Counted from the first letter of the stretch, positions 40,601-54,868 are shown. The stretch: 56,018 bases of DNA from Octopus bimaculoides (GCF_001194135.2 NC_068992.1:5697123-5753140), one strand, 5' to 3'. The notes: a model not told the origin generated them from the letters alone. Program-made: numbers and translations.

Positions 40601-40914
40601 TGCAAATACTCTACATAGTAATTTTTATCATCGAATTGTAACTGAAGATAAATATGTATCTATTTTCCCGAAACTGATAAGAGAAATCAGTGGCTTTGTT
40701 CCATTCAGGATTAAGAACCTTTTGCCAAAGCAGGGCACTTAGAACAGGCCATCATGTGTGTGCCGTGGAATTTTGAGGGGAAATTTTGGCTGGGTATTGA
40801 TCTTATCTCAGAAGGTCATGCTGTGAATGCTGACATAAGCTCAACAGCTGCAACGGGTATATGATGCTTTGATTACCCGCAATTGGAAAAAGTTAAAGCA
40901 ATGAAATATTGGTC

Positions 40915-41115
40915 CCAGATTTTAGCAAAAGGCTAGCAATTTCAGATGAGGGGTGTGGTTGATTACACTGACCCATTCTTCCAAAGCTACTTATTTTATC
41001 GACTCCGAAATGATGAATGGTAAGGTTGGCCTCTGTGAAATTTTAACGTAAAGACGAAGGACATACTGGAAAATATGTTGCCAGACATACTAAAGATTCT
41101 ATTAGCCCGCCACCC
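40915..41115 (-). mobile_element. Degenerate SINE family A copy
   Basis: tacttattttatcgactccgaaatgatgaatggtaagg...aacgtaaagacga...ctaaagattctattagcccgccacc. Confidence 0.7.
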
Positions 41116-41584
41116 TACAACAGTGAAATAGTGAAACAATAATAATGAAAATTTTCGATAATAGAAATAGTTATAACAATGCTTCTTCTTTTATATTCTC
41201 AGTTTAAATCTACCTTGAAATTTAAGTTGCCCAGTATGCCACAAATGATAAGAAACTAAAAACATTTGAGCCAATAACTGAATCTTCGACGATACTGCTT
41301 TAGCTTTTGTCATTCCACTGTATTTATGAGCGAATAAAACTATAATCAAATCTTCCCAGTCATATCTTTCCTGTCACATGTGATTATGCACTTTGTGTTG
41401 TTTTTTCAACAGAGTACGGCGCGATTACAATGAATTTCATTTCTTCTTTTCCTGTACATCAAACACATATACCGATGTACAATTGAAATTGTTTGACATT
41501 ATATTATTAGCAAATAATATTCATTTTACAACATTAAAACAAATATTTTAGTCAATATTAAAAATTATTTTTCTAAGACGACGT

Positions 41585-41790
41585 GCTTGCAGAATCGTTA
41601 GCGCGCCGGTCAATTGCTTCGCTGCATTTCATCCGTGTACTTGTGCTAAGTTCAAATTCCCCGAAAGTCAATTTTGCTCTTAATCGTTTTGGGGTCGATA
41701 AAATAATTATCCATGTAGCACTTGTTGTCTGTGTAGTCCTTGTACTCCCACACATTAATTTGCTGACCTTGTGGCAAAATTTTAAACCAA
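41585..41790 (+). mobile_element. Degenerate SINE family A copy
   Basis: gcttgcagaatcgttagcgcgccgg...aagttcaaattcccc...ttttggggtcgataaaataa...gaccttgtggcaaaattttaaaccaa. Confidence 0.78.
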
Positions 41791-43115
41791 TGTTAAAAAA
41801 TATGTTGCGTTATATATATGATGATTAGAAGAGAAAAGTTGAGTGTGCGGTGGTCTCAGTAAAACCTTCGTTTGTAGTTCTTCTCAATCCCATCTGATTG
41901 GGATCCAACAACAACATAAAATATATATCAGTGAAGTACTATAAGCAATTCTGCTGATTGTATTTGTCATTCGTAAATTCTACCAAGTGACCAACGCAAT
42001 CAGTAAATTCGATCATTAGATACTTAGAGATACTACAAGTCGACATCAGTAAAACTCTACTGAAATATTTTGAAGAAGCTTCATTTAAATTGCCTGGAGT
42101 ATATATATTAATAATATTGCGTCTGAAAATTACATAATTTTTCCCCTTTTTCACTTGAAGTAATCAATATTCTTCTATATAGATATCTTTGATCACTAAT
42201 ATTCCTGTATCTATATTTCGATGTTTCTATCGGTAATTAATATCAATATTAATATATTGATCAATATTCAATTGCTACACGAAATTAGATAGTATAGTAA
42301 CACTAAAAATTAGCTTTAAGTACAAAAATTGTTTTCACATTTGTCATTTGAATTATAAATTTGAATTTATTTATATATCTTTCTTCTTATTAATAAGAGT
42401 GTCTGTAAGTGGCTACTTGTCCAGAGAGCAAAGGTATTACTAATTACTAATCTGGGGTAATCAACAAAGAAGATATCGTCATATTTGAACACATTTTTTG
42501 AAAGTACTGATCGATCGATCGATCGTAAGCTGCATTAAATAAAAACAAGTGCAATATTTACAATTTATTTTTAACAATGATAAACTCCAAAAATTTACTG
42601 TCGTTTTCTTTGTTGGGTATGAAAATAAGGTCATTGATCTTGACCTCTTTATAGTCTACGGGCTAATCCAAGTGAAATATTCTAACCGCTGATCAGGAAA
42701 ATGTATTTATTTATGAGTATAACGTAAGATTTTCTAAATTTGAATTTTTGCTTCATATATTAAATAGATATCGACCTGCTTGGATGTCTATTCGCATTCC
42801 TTCAAAACTTATAACAGCCATCTAAATTAACCGATTTTACTGTAAAAGGAATTGGGACTTGGTATTTATTTATCATTATTATTTATATATTTTTCAAGTT
42901 TACTTAATTCTTAAGCTCTCCTTTTATTTACTCACTATACATCTGACTGACGCTGGGACGTTGATATACACCGCTGGTCATAATATGCTTCGTGGTAACA
43001 TTTCTCTTGATTTCAAATGATGGCATCTTACCCCGACGGAACTGCAGCCCGTGACAAGATTAAGCTGAGTGTAGCAGCGGTAAAGGAGTTTTTTTTATTC
43101 AAGTCCACTTCCACA

Positions 43116-43390
43116 GGCATACGGCGTAGAGGTTATGAGCGCGAGCTACTAAGCGCGCGGGCTACTAAAAGATTCCGAGTTTGTATCCAAATAGTGAGCT
43201 GAATAATGATAATAGTAATAGCATCAAAAAATACCTTAGGAATGAGTACCCAGGTTCGAAATTTCTCCAAGACACCTATTGTAGGCTGGAGGGTATATCG
43301 GCCGAAACGTTGTGTTAACAACAAAAACGATGAGGAGAAATATCCGTCACATGTAAATAATGTAAATAATTCCTCATCTCTTAAATATAG
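43116..43390 (+). mobile_element. Family C repeat, longest copy (tRNA-like head, AAT-rich spacer, hammerhead-like tail)
   Basis: Shares its head with 8691 and 3667 and a 48/51 block with 3759-3809. Has a local duplication in the head (gcgagctactaa gcgcgcgggctactaa) and ends in atgtaaataatgtaaataat. Confidence 0.85.
43271..43316 (+). ncRNA. Minimal type I hammerhead-ribozyme fold with mutated core (probably inactive)
   Basis: Stem I GACAC/GTGTT; core CTATTGT-A (CTGATGA-A in the 3808 copy); stem II GGCTG-10 nt-CGGCC; GAAA; palindromic stem III ACGT; predicted cleavage triplet GUU (43309-43311). Confidence 0.6.
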
Positions 43391-43654
43391 AAACACACAC
43401 ATACACATAACCACAAACACAAAATATATTAGATCTATATTCGTATATATGTATGAGAGAAGAAGTGTATTTGGATGCGTGTTTCGAGCTTGCAAGATTT
43501 TTATTGCGGAACATACGAACATACTTCAAATTATTCATGAGATGCGAAAGAAAACCAATGTTGAAGCATAATTTTCGCCGAATTATTTATGCAAAAAAGT
43601 CACATGAATAAATAAATAATCGGTGCCTTGAGAAATTTTCCGCTAAGTGATATT

Positions 43655-43879
43655 NNNNNNNNNNNNNNNNNNNNNNNNNNNNNNNNNNNNNNNNNNNNNN
43701 NNNNNNNNNNNNNNNNNNNNNNNNNNNNNNNNNNNNNNNNNNNNNNNNNNNNNNNNNNNNNNNNNNNNNNNNNNNNNNNNNNNNNNNNNNNNNNNNNNNN
43801 NNNNNNNNNNNNNNNNNNNNNNNNNNNNNNNNNNNNNNNNNNNNNNNNNNNNNNNNNNNNNNNNNNNNNNNNNNNNNNN
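43655..43879. other. Assembly gap
   Basis: N run. Confidence 0.98.
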
Positions 43880-43923
<44 letters not shown>

Positions 43924-43959
43924 ATATATGTATATATATATGTATGTATAAATGTATAA

Positions 43960-43996
<37 letters not shown>

Positions 43997-44005
43997 TGTA
44001 TATAT

Positions 44006-44037
<32 letters not shown>

Positions 44038-44499
44038 ATGTGTGTGTGTGAGTGTGTGTGTTTGTGTATGTGTGTATGTGTGCAACTGGTAACATGTAAC
44101 CCAGTACAACGTGTTGCATTGTCAGGTCGTCGATGACTAAGCTGGCAATTCCACCAAGCTTACTTGGTGACGAAGGTGAGTTTTGGAACCCAGAGGGATA
44201 AAAAACAAGACCGCTGAAAGAGCAAAGAACTCAGAAAATTCAACGGCTATCCAATACAGTATGTAAAGTTGTGTGGGTGTATTTTTTGTTGTGCATGTGT
44301 GTATTCTTGTGTGTAATTTTTATTAATTTTTATGTATAATGTTATGTGTATTATGTGTATGTCTTTTTTGTATATATGTATATATTTCTTATAATTTATT
44401 TGTATTACGTATATATGTATTTATTATTTTTATCTTGTTCGGTGTGTGTAATGGTTTGCATTCATTATTGCTAACTTTGTGGCTGTTGATGTGTGTCGC

Positions 44500-44700
44500 T
44501 GTGAGTGCATCTAAAACCCCTGAGATGGGCGGATAGTAGCTCCTTAGTATTGGATGACAAGCTATCTAGGAGAAGGAAACTCCGAAATTAAACCTGCCGT
44601 CTCAAAGACCATCCACTGATGAGGATCTTTTCTTCTTTATGGGTTATACTTTTGGTACGTAGAGAATGGGATTGGGCGAGTGCAAGGTCTCGCCTCAATT
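44500..44700 (+). mobile_element. Possible RTE-type LINE 5' UTR fragment
   Basis: gacaagctatctaggagaaggaaactccgaaattaaacc resembles the ctaggagaaggaaaactctgaattcaaacc motif recalled from RTE 5' UTRs; no ORF follows. Confidence 0.3.
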
Positions 44701-45188
44701 TTAAAATATCTGGCACTAGTATTGCTTGAGAAAATTTTGGTGACGTCACACAATCTCAATGACTGGTGCTAGTGGCAGCCCGAAAAAAGACTTAAATACA
44801 ACTATGAGATCCATAAACTATGAAAATGTTAATGGCAAAAGGATTTGGGATCCAGAGGGGAACAAGTCTGGCCCGATAGGTGACCCAGAATATCGCAGCA
44901 TGGGCTCGGTCGTCATCCTACCACTGATTATATACTTTTATTATTATATACTTTTATATTTAATTATATATGAATTTATATATAGAGAGAGAGAATGAGA
45001 GAGAGTGAGAGAGATAGACAGAGAGACAGAGAAAGACAGTTATAAGTATGTGCATGCATATCAGCCTGCGTATCTTCAAGAGGACTCAATGAAATAACAA
45101 TAAATGTCACTATGGATTAAATGAATCCTTTTAGGTAAACCTCAGTAAATTTTTACACATGGAAGCACATGATTGTATACATGTTTGC

Positions 45189-45191
<3 letters not shown>

Positions 45192-45260
<69 letters not shown>

Positions 45261-45264
45261 GTGT
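45192..45264. repeat. (GT)n microsatellite
   Basis: Read directly. Confidence 0.98.
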
Positions 45265-46035
45265 CACTATTTGCGTCTGTGAGTGGGTATATTTCTTTCA
45301 TCTCACGGAATTTAAAAGCGAAGTAGCTGAATGACATTCGATTTATTAAAGCTGACGTATGCTTATTTTTCATACATAGCAATAAAAGATTGTACAAAGA
45401 TATGATAAAATTCAAAATAGATTATAATGAAGTGGTATATATTCTTTCATTACATTTTTAGTGGCAAAAACTACTATTTCAATATCTAATAGAAAACTGC
45501 GTAAGTAATATTTACTTTGACGATTATTCAACATATTCATTTTTCCGCTAATAACGACTACAGGGAACTAGATGTAACGAAACTAATAGTTTTAAACACG
45601 TTCAATGAATGTGGTTATGAGAAATATCTTCTGTTTTATTATTTAAATTAAAATTGCGTAGGCGTTAAATATATTTTGAATAATGTTTAGTTTTTATAAA
45701 ATTAGTGTAATTCATTTTTTCTGTTTCCTTATATACGAGAAAATTTAATGGCCTAAATATCTGATTGAAATATATTGCTTGGTTTTCATTCGTAATATTA
45801 TTATATATCAACTGTACTTTTAATGTTTCTGTGAGATTTTCTCCACATCAAGAGAACTTTATTTATAATATTGCAGCAATATATTTATATATATATATGA
45901 TACGTGCGGATACGATATATATAATTATATATACAATGTGACATCTTTTTATACTAATATTTTTATGTTTGTTGCTACTGTAATATCACAGCTAATTGTA
46001 TGAACTGCATCAATATATATATATATATATATATA

Positions 46036-46131
46036 NNNNNNNNNNNNNNNNNNNNNNNNNNNNNNNNNNNNNNNNNNNNNNNNNNNNNNNNNNNNNNNNN
46101 NNNNNNNNNNNNNNNNNNNNNNNNNNNNNNN
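46036..46131. other. Assembly gap
   Basis: N run. Confidence 0.98.
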
Positions 46132-46200
<69 letters not shown>

Positions 46201-47235
46201 GTGTGTGTGCGTGTGTGTGCATGCGTGTGTGTGTGTAAATTGTGTAAATACGAATACATCTATACTAAGAATCCTGACAATTTGATACCTCTGTTTTTTT
46301 AATCCAGATACTGAACTGCAGTCCGTGAATGGGTTACACGCTGTCCATGTTTTTCTTTGAATAGCATTTCATAAATATTAAGTTCCTCTGTTTCACTACA
46401 TAGCTTTATTAGTACAGATGATTGTTGTTAAAATAGGTATGACAGTCAAATATCGAAGTTCATAAAATTGAGTATTCCCTCTTTTCTAACCGAATGGCAA
46501 AATAGCAGCTTGTGGTTATTTGTTTTGTTTACTGTTGTTGCTGAAAATTTAATGAAATATGGATTAGAGCTTATTTTGAAATTTACATAACGTGTGACGT
46601 TCAACACTTTCACGCCACCGCATTCCATTTTCCTTATGTCCGATGCCTGAAAACCACTATTCAACTATTAGATAATCAAGCTTTCTACATTTAAACAATT
46701 CTACTATAAAAATTAAACAAATGAAATATGTAAGGTGTCCATTCACTGACAGATTCTTTACAGATAAGCAATGTATGACTTCAGGTATCAATTAAAAATG
46801 ATGTTCAACAGTATCACACTTCTTGATAAATAAAATTCTAAAATTCTTATCTTACAATTTCTCTTCCTAACACGATATCGGTGTCGTTCGATACATTTCC
46901 TCGGAGGCAACCTTAAATTTCAGGTTCATACTTTGATCTTATCGCAGAATTCTACAATGAAAATTACGTAATATCACGATATCCAACACTCGTCATTGTA
47001 GATATTTGCTTTAATTAGAATAATTCTCACTCATTCATTTATTTTATATATAATCCATGTTCATGAACAATAACGAAGTTAGTTATAAGATCCCAACGGG
47101 GCAATATTTCTCCCTCAATTTTTCTCCGATAGTGAGGTTGAGGAGAGGATACATGAAAGCGATTGGCGAAATAATTTACAATCAACTTTTCTTACATTAT
47201 CTATCTACCCATCTACCTATTTATCTCTATATTCA

Positions 47236-47266
<31 letters not shown>

Positions 47267-47872
47267 NNNNNNNNNNNNNNNNNNNNNNNNNNNNNNNNNN
47301 NNNNNNNNNNNNNNNNNNNNNNNNNNNNNNNNNNNNNNNNNNNNNNNNNNNNNNNNNNNNNNNNNNNNNNNNNNNNNNNNNNNNNNNNNNNNNNNNNNNN
47401 NNNNNNNNNNNNNNNNNNNNNNNNNNNNNNNNNNNNNNNNNNNNNNNNNNNNNNNNNNNNNNNNNNNNNNNNNNNNNNNNNNNNNNNNNNNNNNNNNNNN
47501 NNNNNNNNNNNNNNNNNNNNNNNNNNNNNNNNNNNNNNNNNNNNNNNNNNNNNNNNNNNNNNNNNNNNNNNNNNNNNNNNNNNNNNNNNNNNNNNNNNNN
47601 NNNNNNNNNNNNNNNNNNNNNNNNNNNNNNNNNNNNNNNNNNNNNNNNNNNNNNNNNNNNNNNNNNNNNNNNNNNNNNNNNNNNNNNNNNNNNNNNNNNN
47701 NNNNNNNNNNNNNNNNNNNNNNNNNNNNNNNNNNNNNNNNNNNNNNNNNNNNNNNNNNNNNNNNNNNNNNNNNNNNNNNNNNNNNNNNNNNNNNNNNNNN
47801 NNNNNNNNNNNNNNNNNNNNNNNNNNNNNNNNNNNNNNNNNNNNNNNNNNNNNNNNNNNNNNNNNNNNNNNN
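47267..47872. other. Assembly gap
   Basis: N run. Confidence 0.98.
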
Positions 47873-47899
47873 GGCTGTATCTTTCACAGTGTCGGTTGT

Positions 47900-48070
47900 C
47901 CGTCTGTATTTCTCTCCCTCTCTCTCTCTCTCTCCCTCCCTCTCTCTCTCTCCCTCTCTCTCTCCCTCGCTCTCTCTCCCTCTCGCTCTCTCCCTCTCTC
48001 TCTCTTTCTGTAACCCCTTCCTTTGTCTCTTTTCTCTCTATTTTCATATATATATATATATATATATATA
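47900..48070. repeat. Degenerate (CT)/(CCCT) pyrimidine tract, then (AT)n
   Basis: Read directly. Confidence 0.92.
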
Positions 48071-48507
48071 GTAATCAAGAGATTCGCTCTCTCCTTCAGC
48101 TATCATTGTTTAGCTCTAATGGATTGATTGAACTACTTGCAAAATGACAGGCTTACGCTTGTAATCCACGTATGCCTATCAATGTATCTATCTCATTGTG
48201 TCTGTATACGCACACGCACGCACACACACAGGCACACTTGGATATAGTATGTGTGTGTGTGTCTATCTCTGCATATACTCATATAGATATTTGTGTGTAT
48301 ATTCATGCATGAATATATGTATGTATTTTTTATATATGTGTGTGTGTGTGTACGTGTTTGTGTGAACGCGCATGGCATATTGGTTAGACCGTCGGCCTTA
48401 CAAATGTGAGGTTGCTAGGGTACAGATTTTGGCCAAAATTCTTCCATGACATTTCATAAGAATAAACGTTGCACACGCGTATTTCAGTGAAATTACGTGC
48501 TCCTATG

Positions 48508-48557
48508 CGATAAAATGTAGTCTCATATAACTACGATAAACGTAGTCTCATATAACT
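48508..48557. repeat. Tandem duplication of about 25 bp
   Basis: cgataaaatgtagtctcatataacta / cgataaacgtagtctcatataact. Confidence 0.88.
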
Positions 48558-49497
48558 CAGCTTTAGTGTTGCAGACATTCCAGACAGTGTATCTGGTTTA
48601 CGGTAACTCGTTGTTTGTTTCCATCAGCGTCGGATACTTTAAATAAGACAGTGATATAGATTTTGTGATGCAATGTATTGTAAAATGGTTTCCTAGCTGA
48701 AAACGTCCTTGCTAATATCAGCAAATTAGTGCAACCTTCAGAAAAAACATTGATAAGCTTTACTGATAAAGAATCCATACACTTTAACTTCAAAACCATT
48801 TGTTTCATTTGACAAAATGATACCCTCAATATTTTTAGTCACAAAATATATCTTAAATCTTACTGTAAAAAGAAATAAATCCTCGCAAACATTCATTACA
48901 ACGGTAACAAAAAGTATTCCTTGCAATTTATATAAACTCTTCTCAAGTAAAGTATTGGAATCAGAAGGAGCATTGCTGTCTATCGAATATCACTGACCAA
49001 TCTACTTTACTGTCATTTTAACAATGTGAATCTAACTTTTTCTCAGCTAGGAATAATGTTGTTTATGTAATTACATTAAATTAAAAGCATAGTTTGCCAT
49101 TCAAAATTATGTTATTTGGTCAGAATAATCCTGTCATACATTTGTTTTGTATTCAAGCAAGTCAACAAAGAACAAGCATGAAAGAACAAACAAAGACGGA
49201 AAAATCTAAGCTGTGTGATATTAAAATTAACTGAAACTATTACAGCTGGGGAAAAGTGATTTTTAGAATGGAAATTCTAAACAGTTTTCCTTTTATTTTC
49301 ATTTAGATTTGAGGGAACAGGATTTTGTTGTCATTTTCAATAAACAATAAATTTCAATTTTAAAAAGTATTCAAGAAAAAAAAAAAACAGAGAGCCAATT
49401 AAAAATTCTAGGGAAATAGCACCTCCTGTGTAAAACAAAACAAGAAATACAATACATCTTGGAAATGTTGCATTTTTTTAAAATTTAATGTTCATAC

Positions 49498-49735
<238 letters not shown>

Positions 49736-52351
49736 ATTTTTACTATTACTTTTTGCTTTGAGCTGCTGTCAAAGCAAAATTATATCCTTCCATGGATAAA
49801 ATTACACAGCGTGATGTAATATGAAAGCAGCACACCATGAAATATCTGCAGAAGACTCCATTTGTGAAATTTGTCAAGAAATCCTTTATACTACTGAAAT
49901 TGAAATAGGAAAAAAATACGAAAACACCTAATACAAAGACACAGAAAAAGTGGTTAGAATATTATAAAGAGAATTTTAAGCATGTGTTTCGAAAGCATGA
50001 CAATTATTATTTGTGTTATTATAAATTTTATTACTATTAATATATCATCATCAAGATTGTCATGTTGCACATGCTTTAGCATTATTCTGATTGATATTGA
50101 TTTTAATATGATTTTATTAGCGTTACCATCGTTATCATCATCATTACCGAAAATATTACCCTTATCCGCCGCAAAACTTTTCTATTTTTATTACTAGTTG
50201 TTGTTAAGAATATTCTACTCAGACTGAACAACCCAATTTTATAAATTACGTTATTGCCACTAATTTCCTGTCATGTCACTTCATTTCATCTGTCTGGTAC
50301 ATTTGAAGCAAAAATAAAATCGAAAGTTATAAAAAAAAGATTAAACGTATTACAAATACAATTGCACCAATTTCAAATCTCGTGATTTGCTAACAAGATC
50401 ATGCATAATTTGAAAGTCTATCTCATGTCTGTCTGAGATCTATGTGAATCTTCAAAGTATGTGTAACTCTCTCTTACGCTGACACTTACAATGATATATT
50501 TCAATAAGCCTCAAGAACTAATGCCAACATTTTCTCTTAACCTGTAGTATACTCAGAACAAATTTTCTACTTTCAGGCAACGACTTACTGGTTTTCTTGC
50601 CAGACCAAATTTTTACTTCTTTCTCTCCCGACTAATTATTTCTCTAGAAATGCAGTTGCTAAGTACAAACTTAATAATACCTATCACTTAACAATTTCGG
50701 AGTAAGATTGTACTGCCGAGTGCAGCAATGTTGGTGTGTATATATAGATGTGCAAATGTGTGTGTGTTACACACACATGTGTGTATGCATGTACATGTAA
50801 GTATGTATGTATATACAGATGCCTACATGCTCGGGTAAATTCTAATATTGCGGTCTGATATCGTTCTGACAGAAAGTATAGTACATCCTAAAATTGGATC
50901 AAATAGATAGAGTTAGTTTTGGATCATACTTGCACGTACATCTTCACAATGCTTAGCCAGGAAACTTTATCGTGGGTTCTTAACTTTTATTTATGCACAT
51001 ATTATTTTGATTTGTCGCTTCTGTCAGAGTAAAACATCATTTTTGTATCTAACTGTATAACCATATTGGCGTTTTTAATGCAGAAACTAATATACTGTCT
51101 TGACACAATATTGAACGTCATGAATGTAATCATTTGCAAAATGTTGTCTGTAAAAGTGTATTTATCGTTTTTTTTTTTTTCATTTGTGTGAAGGTATTTT
51201 TGATCTAAGTTTTGTCCCCATTCTGAGAATCAATCAAAACAATTCCAAAAATGTTCAGATATGTCTTGGAAAGCGAAAGTACGGGATCACGCTATGTCCT
51301 GGACTAAAATCTCAAATCGAAATTACACAAGATAGTTTTGTTCTCTTTGAAAGACATCTTAAACTGTTATTTTTATTATGAAACAAATATTCTCTCTTAA
51401 CCGATGTTTGAATGTGTTTCCGCACACATATACTCTGCGTTGTATTCATATATGAATCGAAAGATAATATGAAATTTCCCAAATCTCCTTATAATCAGTC
51501 GAAACACGATGCAGTTTTCAACAAGTTGCTCGATACAATTCAAGTAAATTATATTAGTTTACGGCAATCATTAGGAAACGTAGGCTAAAATTATACAATT
51601 CAATGTTAACATACGTAAAAGCCTTAAGCACTCGGCCTGTAGGGGAATCGTCTTAACTTACAGCATATTTCAGCATTTCTCTTGACCAAAATATTCCTAT
51701 ACTTCTAGCAAGATAACAAATGAATTATTCAACATAGCGAAGCAGACACGCAGAGGAAGAAAAAAAGGGAAAGGATACTGGAAGAAAGAAAGTGAACGAC
51801 ACAGAGAGATTTGCTTACATCAAAAAGGTGTTGGTAATATATTTCTAGAATTTGAAATGATAAGACCTAAGTTTATCTCCGTGGTATTTCAACTCATAAG
51901 ATGTGCCCAAATATAATCAATCGTACACTTCAACTTTGGGACTAATTCACTATCAATATCGGTTTAATGCATGTGGAGGCTGTGATGTTGCGCATGATTA
52001 CACGAATGAAGACATACGATAGAACAGATCATTGTAGGATACCTTTTATATATTATTTGAACTTCCTTAAAAACATATTTGAATAAGTGATAGTGATATC
52101 GTTTTCTTTTATTGCTGGGTAGCTATCATTCAATGGTATTCGTAAAAGGTGTCTAATAACTTTTTAATGACTATGTAGCAATGGGAAAATGGAAAAAAAC
52201 ATAAATGTCAGACGTTCTTAGGGATTGGTAAGGTGAATGGATTTGAATATCTGTCACTGAATCGGTTTTAAAGAATTGAAAGAGAGCTACCAATTAAGCG
52301 AAAAAATTATCAAGCACAAATTTTAGACATGGTACGAGACATTTTCAGATA

Positions 52352-52740
<389 letters not shown>

Positions 52741-53255
52741 AATGTTATTTTTTTTTTATATTTTGTATAAGGACACTATGTCCATGAGAATTTTATTTGA
52801 CTGTAATTATCATCTTGCTTAAATTTTAGGATCTTAGGATTTTAAAATTTTAACACGAGCGAAATTGATTTTTTTGTCATTTTGGTGTTGTGTTGTTTAT
52901 TTGCAGTGTGATTTAGTGACAAGTTGGCACTGATCAAGCAGAAGTATGATCAAAGCGCTGAGATATCGATTTCACTGTTATTCATTTTCTTTTGGGGTTG
53001 GCGTGGGGCTTTTCCATTTAAGGAAACCTGTGCTGAAAGCCGGATTTTATAGTATATGGTAGGTTGAATGTTCGAAATGGATTCTGTTCTTAGGAGATTG
53101 ATACATTGTTAATCAGTTTATTCTTAACATGATATATTCTGTTATCTTGTAAACGCATTTGGAGAGCGTTCAATCCTTGAACAGTTGTCATTTGTATATA
53201 TGTAAAATGACATTACTCAGTAGGATCATACATTTACACAGAAACAAATGAACAT

Positions 53256-53300
53256 AAGGTGGCGGGCTGGCAGAAACGTTAGCACGCCGGGCGAAATGCT
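53256..53300 (+). mobile_element. SINE family A head only
   Basis: aaggtggcgggctggcagaaacgttagcacgccgggcgaaatgct. Confidence 0.85.
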
Positions 53301-53424
53301 CTGATCGTATCGCAGAATATGTTTGGTCATGACGAGTAAAGCGATTTGGAAAAGACATAATGTGTTCGTGGAATGGTTTTAATCATGGAAACACAATATA
53401 CATCACTGCTGCCTTCTGTTGTTA

Positions 53425-54240
53425 TTAATGAGATCTAATCCATCGCATTCCACTGATGAAGTAGTTTTCATCCTCTTGGTAAAATATACCATCAACAGTA
53501 GATATAATGTGATCATCACTGTCATACGGGTCCTCAACCAAGTGTTTATTTTTAATGCTGGGAACACTTGATAGTCAAATGGGGCCAAATCAAGAGAATA
53601 ATGTGGATGATCAATCAGTTGAAACCATCAGTCTTGTGTAGCAGACATTGAAATCAAGGACTTATATTTTAGAACATTGTCCAGATGAACAGTATACATT
53701 TCGTTAGTTTTCCTACGCGTTTGGTCTTGATAGACTCTCGTAAATGTCTCAGTAATTGGCATAACACTCTCCATTACTGGGGTTGCCCTTTTCATGGGTC
53801 AATAAGCACGATGCATTTCATATCCCAAATTCTGAGGCCATCAGTTACCCAGCAGATAAAACGATTTTGGCCATTTTTGGAGCTGGCGTATTGGGGTGTT
53901 TCAACTGCATAGATTATCTTTTCGTCTCCGGTTCAAGGTGATGAACACAACATACACCTTGTTTAAAGAAACATTCAAGGAAACTAAGTGGATCGGTCTC
54001 AATCGCAGATTTTCCCGTGATGTGAACAGCGTGGTGCGCATTCGATTCTGTGTCAAAGGACGTGACACTCACCGAGTAAAAACCTCAGTCATGCCACGTT
54101 CATTATGCAGAATATTCTCAACTTTTGCATTAGCTATTTAATTTAGCTGCCCACTTTTGAATAGTTAAGTCAACCATTGATGTAACATGCATGTCAGCAT
54201 GAATACCGTTGTGTCTAAACCCTTTTTTCTGCGAATTAGG
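53425..54240 (-). pseudogene. Mariner transposase pseudogene covering most of the ORF (irritans/Himar1-like)
   Basis: Across frameshifts: QKKG..IHADM..TIQKWAA / VENILHNERGMTEVFTR*VSRPLT..TSRENL / ETDPLSFLECFFKQGVCCVHHLEPETKR*SMQLKHP..PAPKMAK..SAG / WDMKCIVLID / GECYAN / LRESIKTKRVGKLTKCILF / DN / DHPHYSLDLAPFDYQVFP (53574-53600) / KHL...DSDDHIISTVD...QEDENYFISG. First catalytic Asp lost. Confidence 0.92.
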
Positions 54241-54867
54241 TGGTATTATTTAACACGGTCTGCGATTCTTGTATGAGAGGTCTCAGGAGCCTCCCTGATG
54301 TGGAAGCTGTAATTCATTTATCAGAACTAAAATAGTTTTTGAATCTCAAGTGGAAAATTGCATTTTATGAATCTGCCAAAGCAAATTTGATAATGTGATA
54401 AAAACAACAGATGTCTACAATTTCTGTTGTATCATTCATTTATAATAATCATCCGTGTTGTATAATACATATTACTCTGTCGTTTCCCACAGACTCAGTA
54501 ATCGAGTAAAAGCACATTGTTTGTTAGCACATGGTTATTAGTATTGGGATATGGAAATAGGAAAATGAAGGGAACCATAAAACACGCTTGATATAATTAC
54601 AAAAAATGTATCTTAGTATTTAGTAACTGAAATAATTTAAGCACTGAAATCTGTGTAAATGTACGAAATGGATGCTTTTAATTTTGCACTTAGTAATCCA
54701 TTAACCGGGGATTTGTGAGATCGTAAACTGAAATCTAGCAAATTCAATAAACTGCTATAATTTCAATCTTGACTTAAAAACAGTCAAGATTGAAATAATA
54801 AATATTTAATATTAAGATTTCTCTTTTCTGTTTTTGTTGCATTTATGCGAGCGAATATTAATGCTTA

Positions 54868-54868
54868 G

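Noticed and set aside
44125-44200. Possible HDV-like ribozyme near the putative RTE 5' UTR
   Set aside because: Has a CACCAAG/CTTGGTG hairpin, but P1 is incomplete and the L3 loop lacks the expected UCC in position; the nested pseudoknot cannot be built.
49751-49779. 11-bp inverted repeat TTTTGCTTTGA/TCAAAGCAAAA
   Set aside because: About what chance would give in AT-rich sequence of this length.
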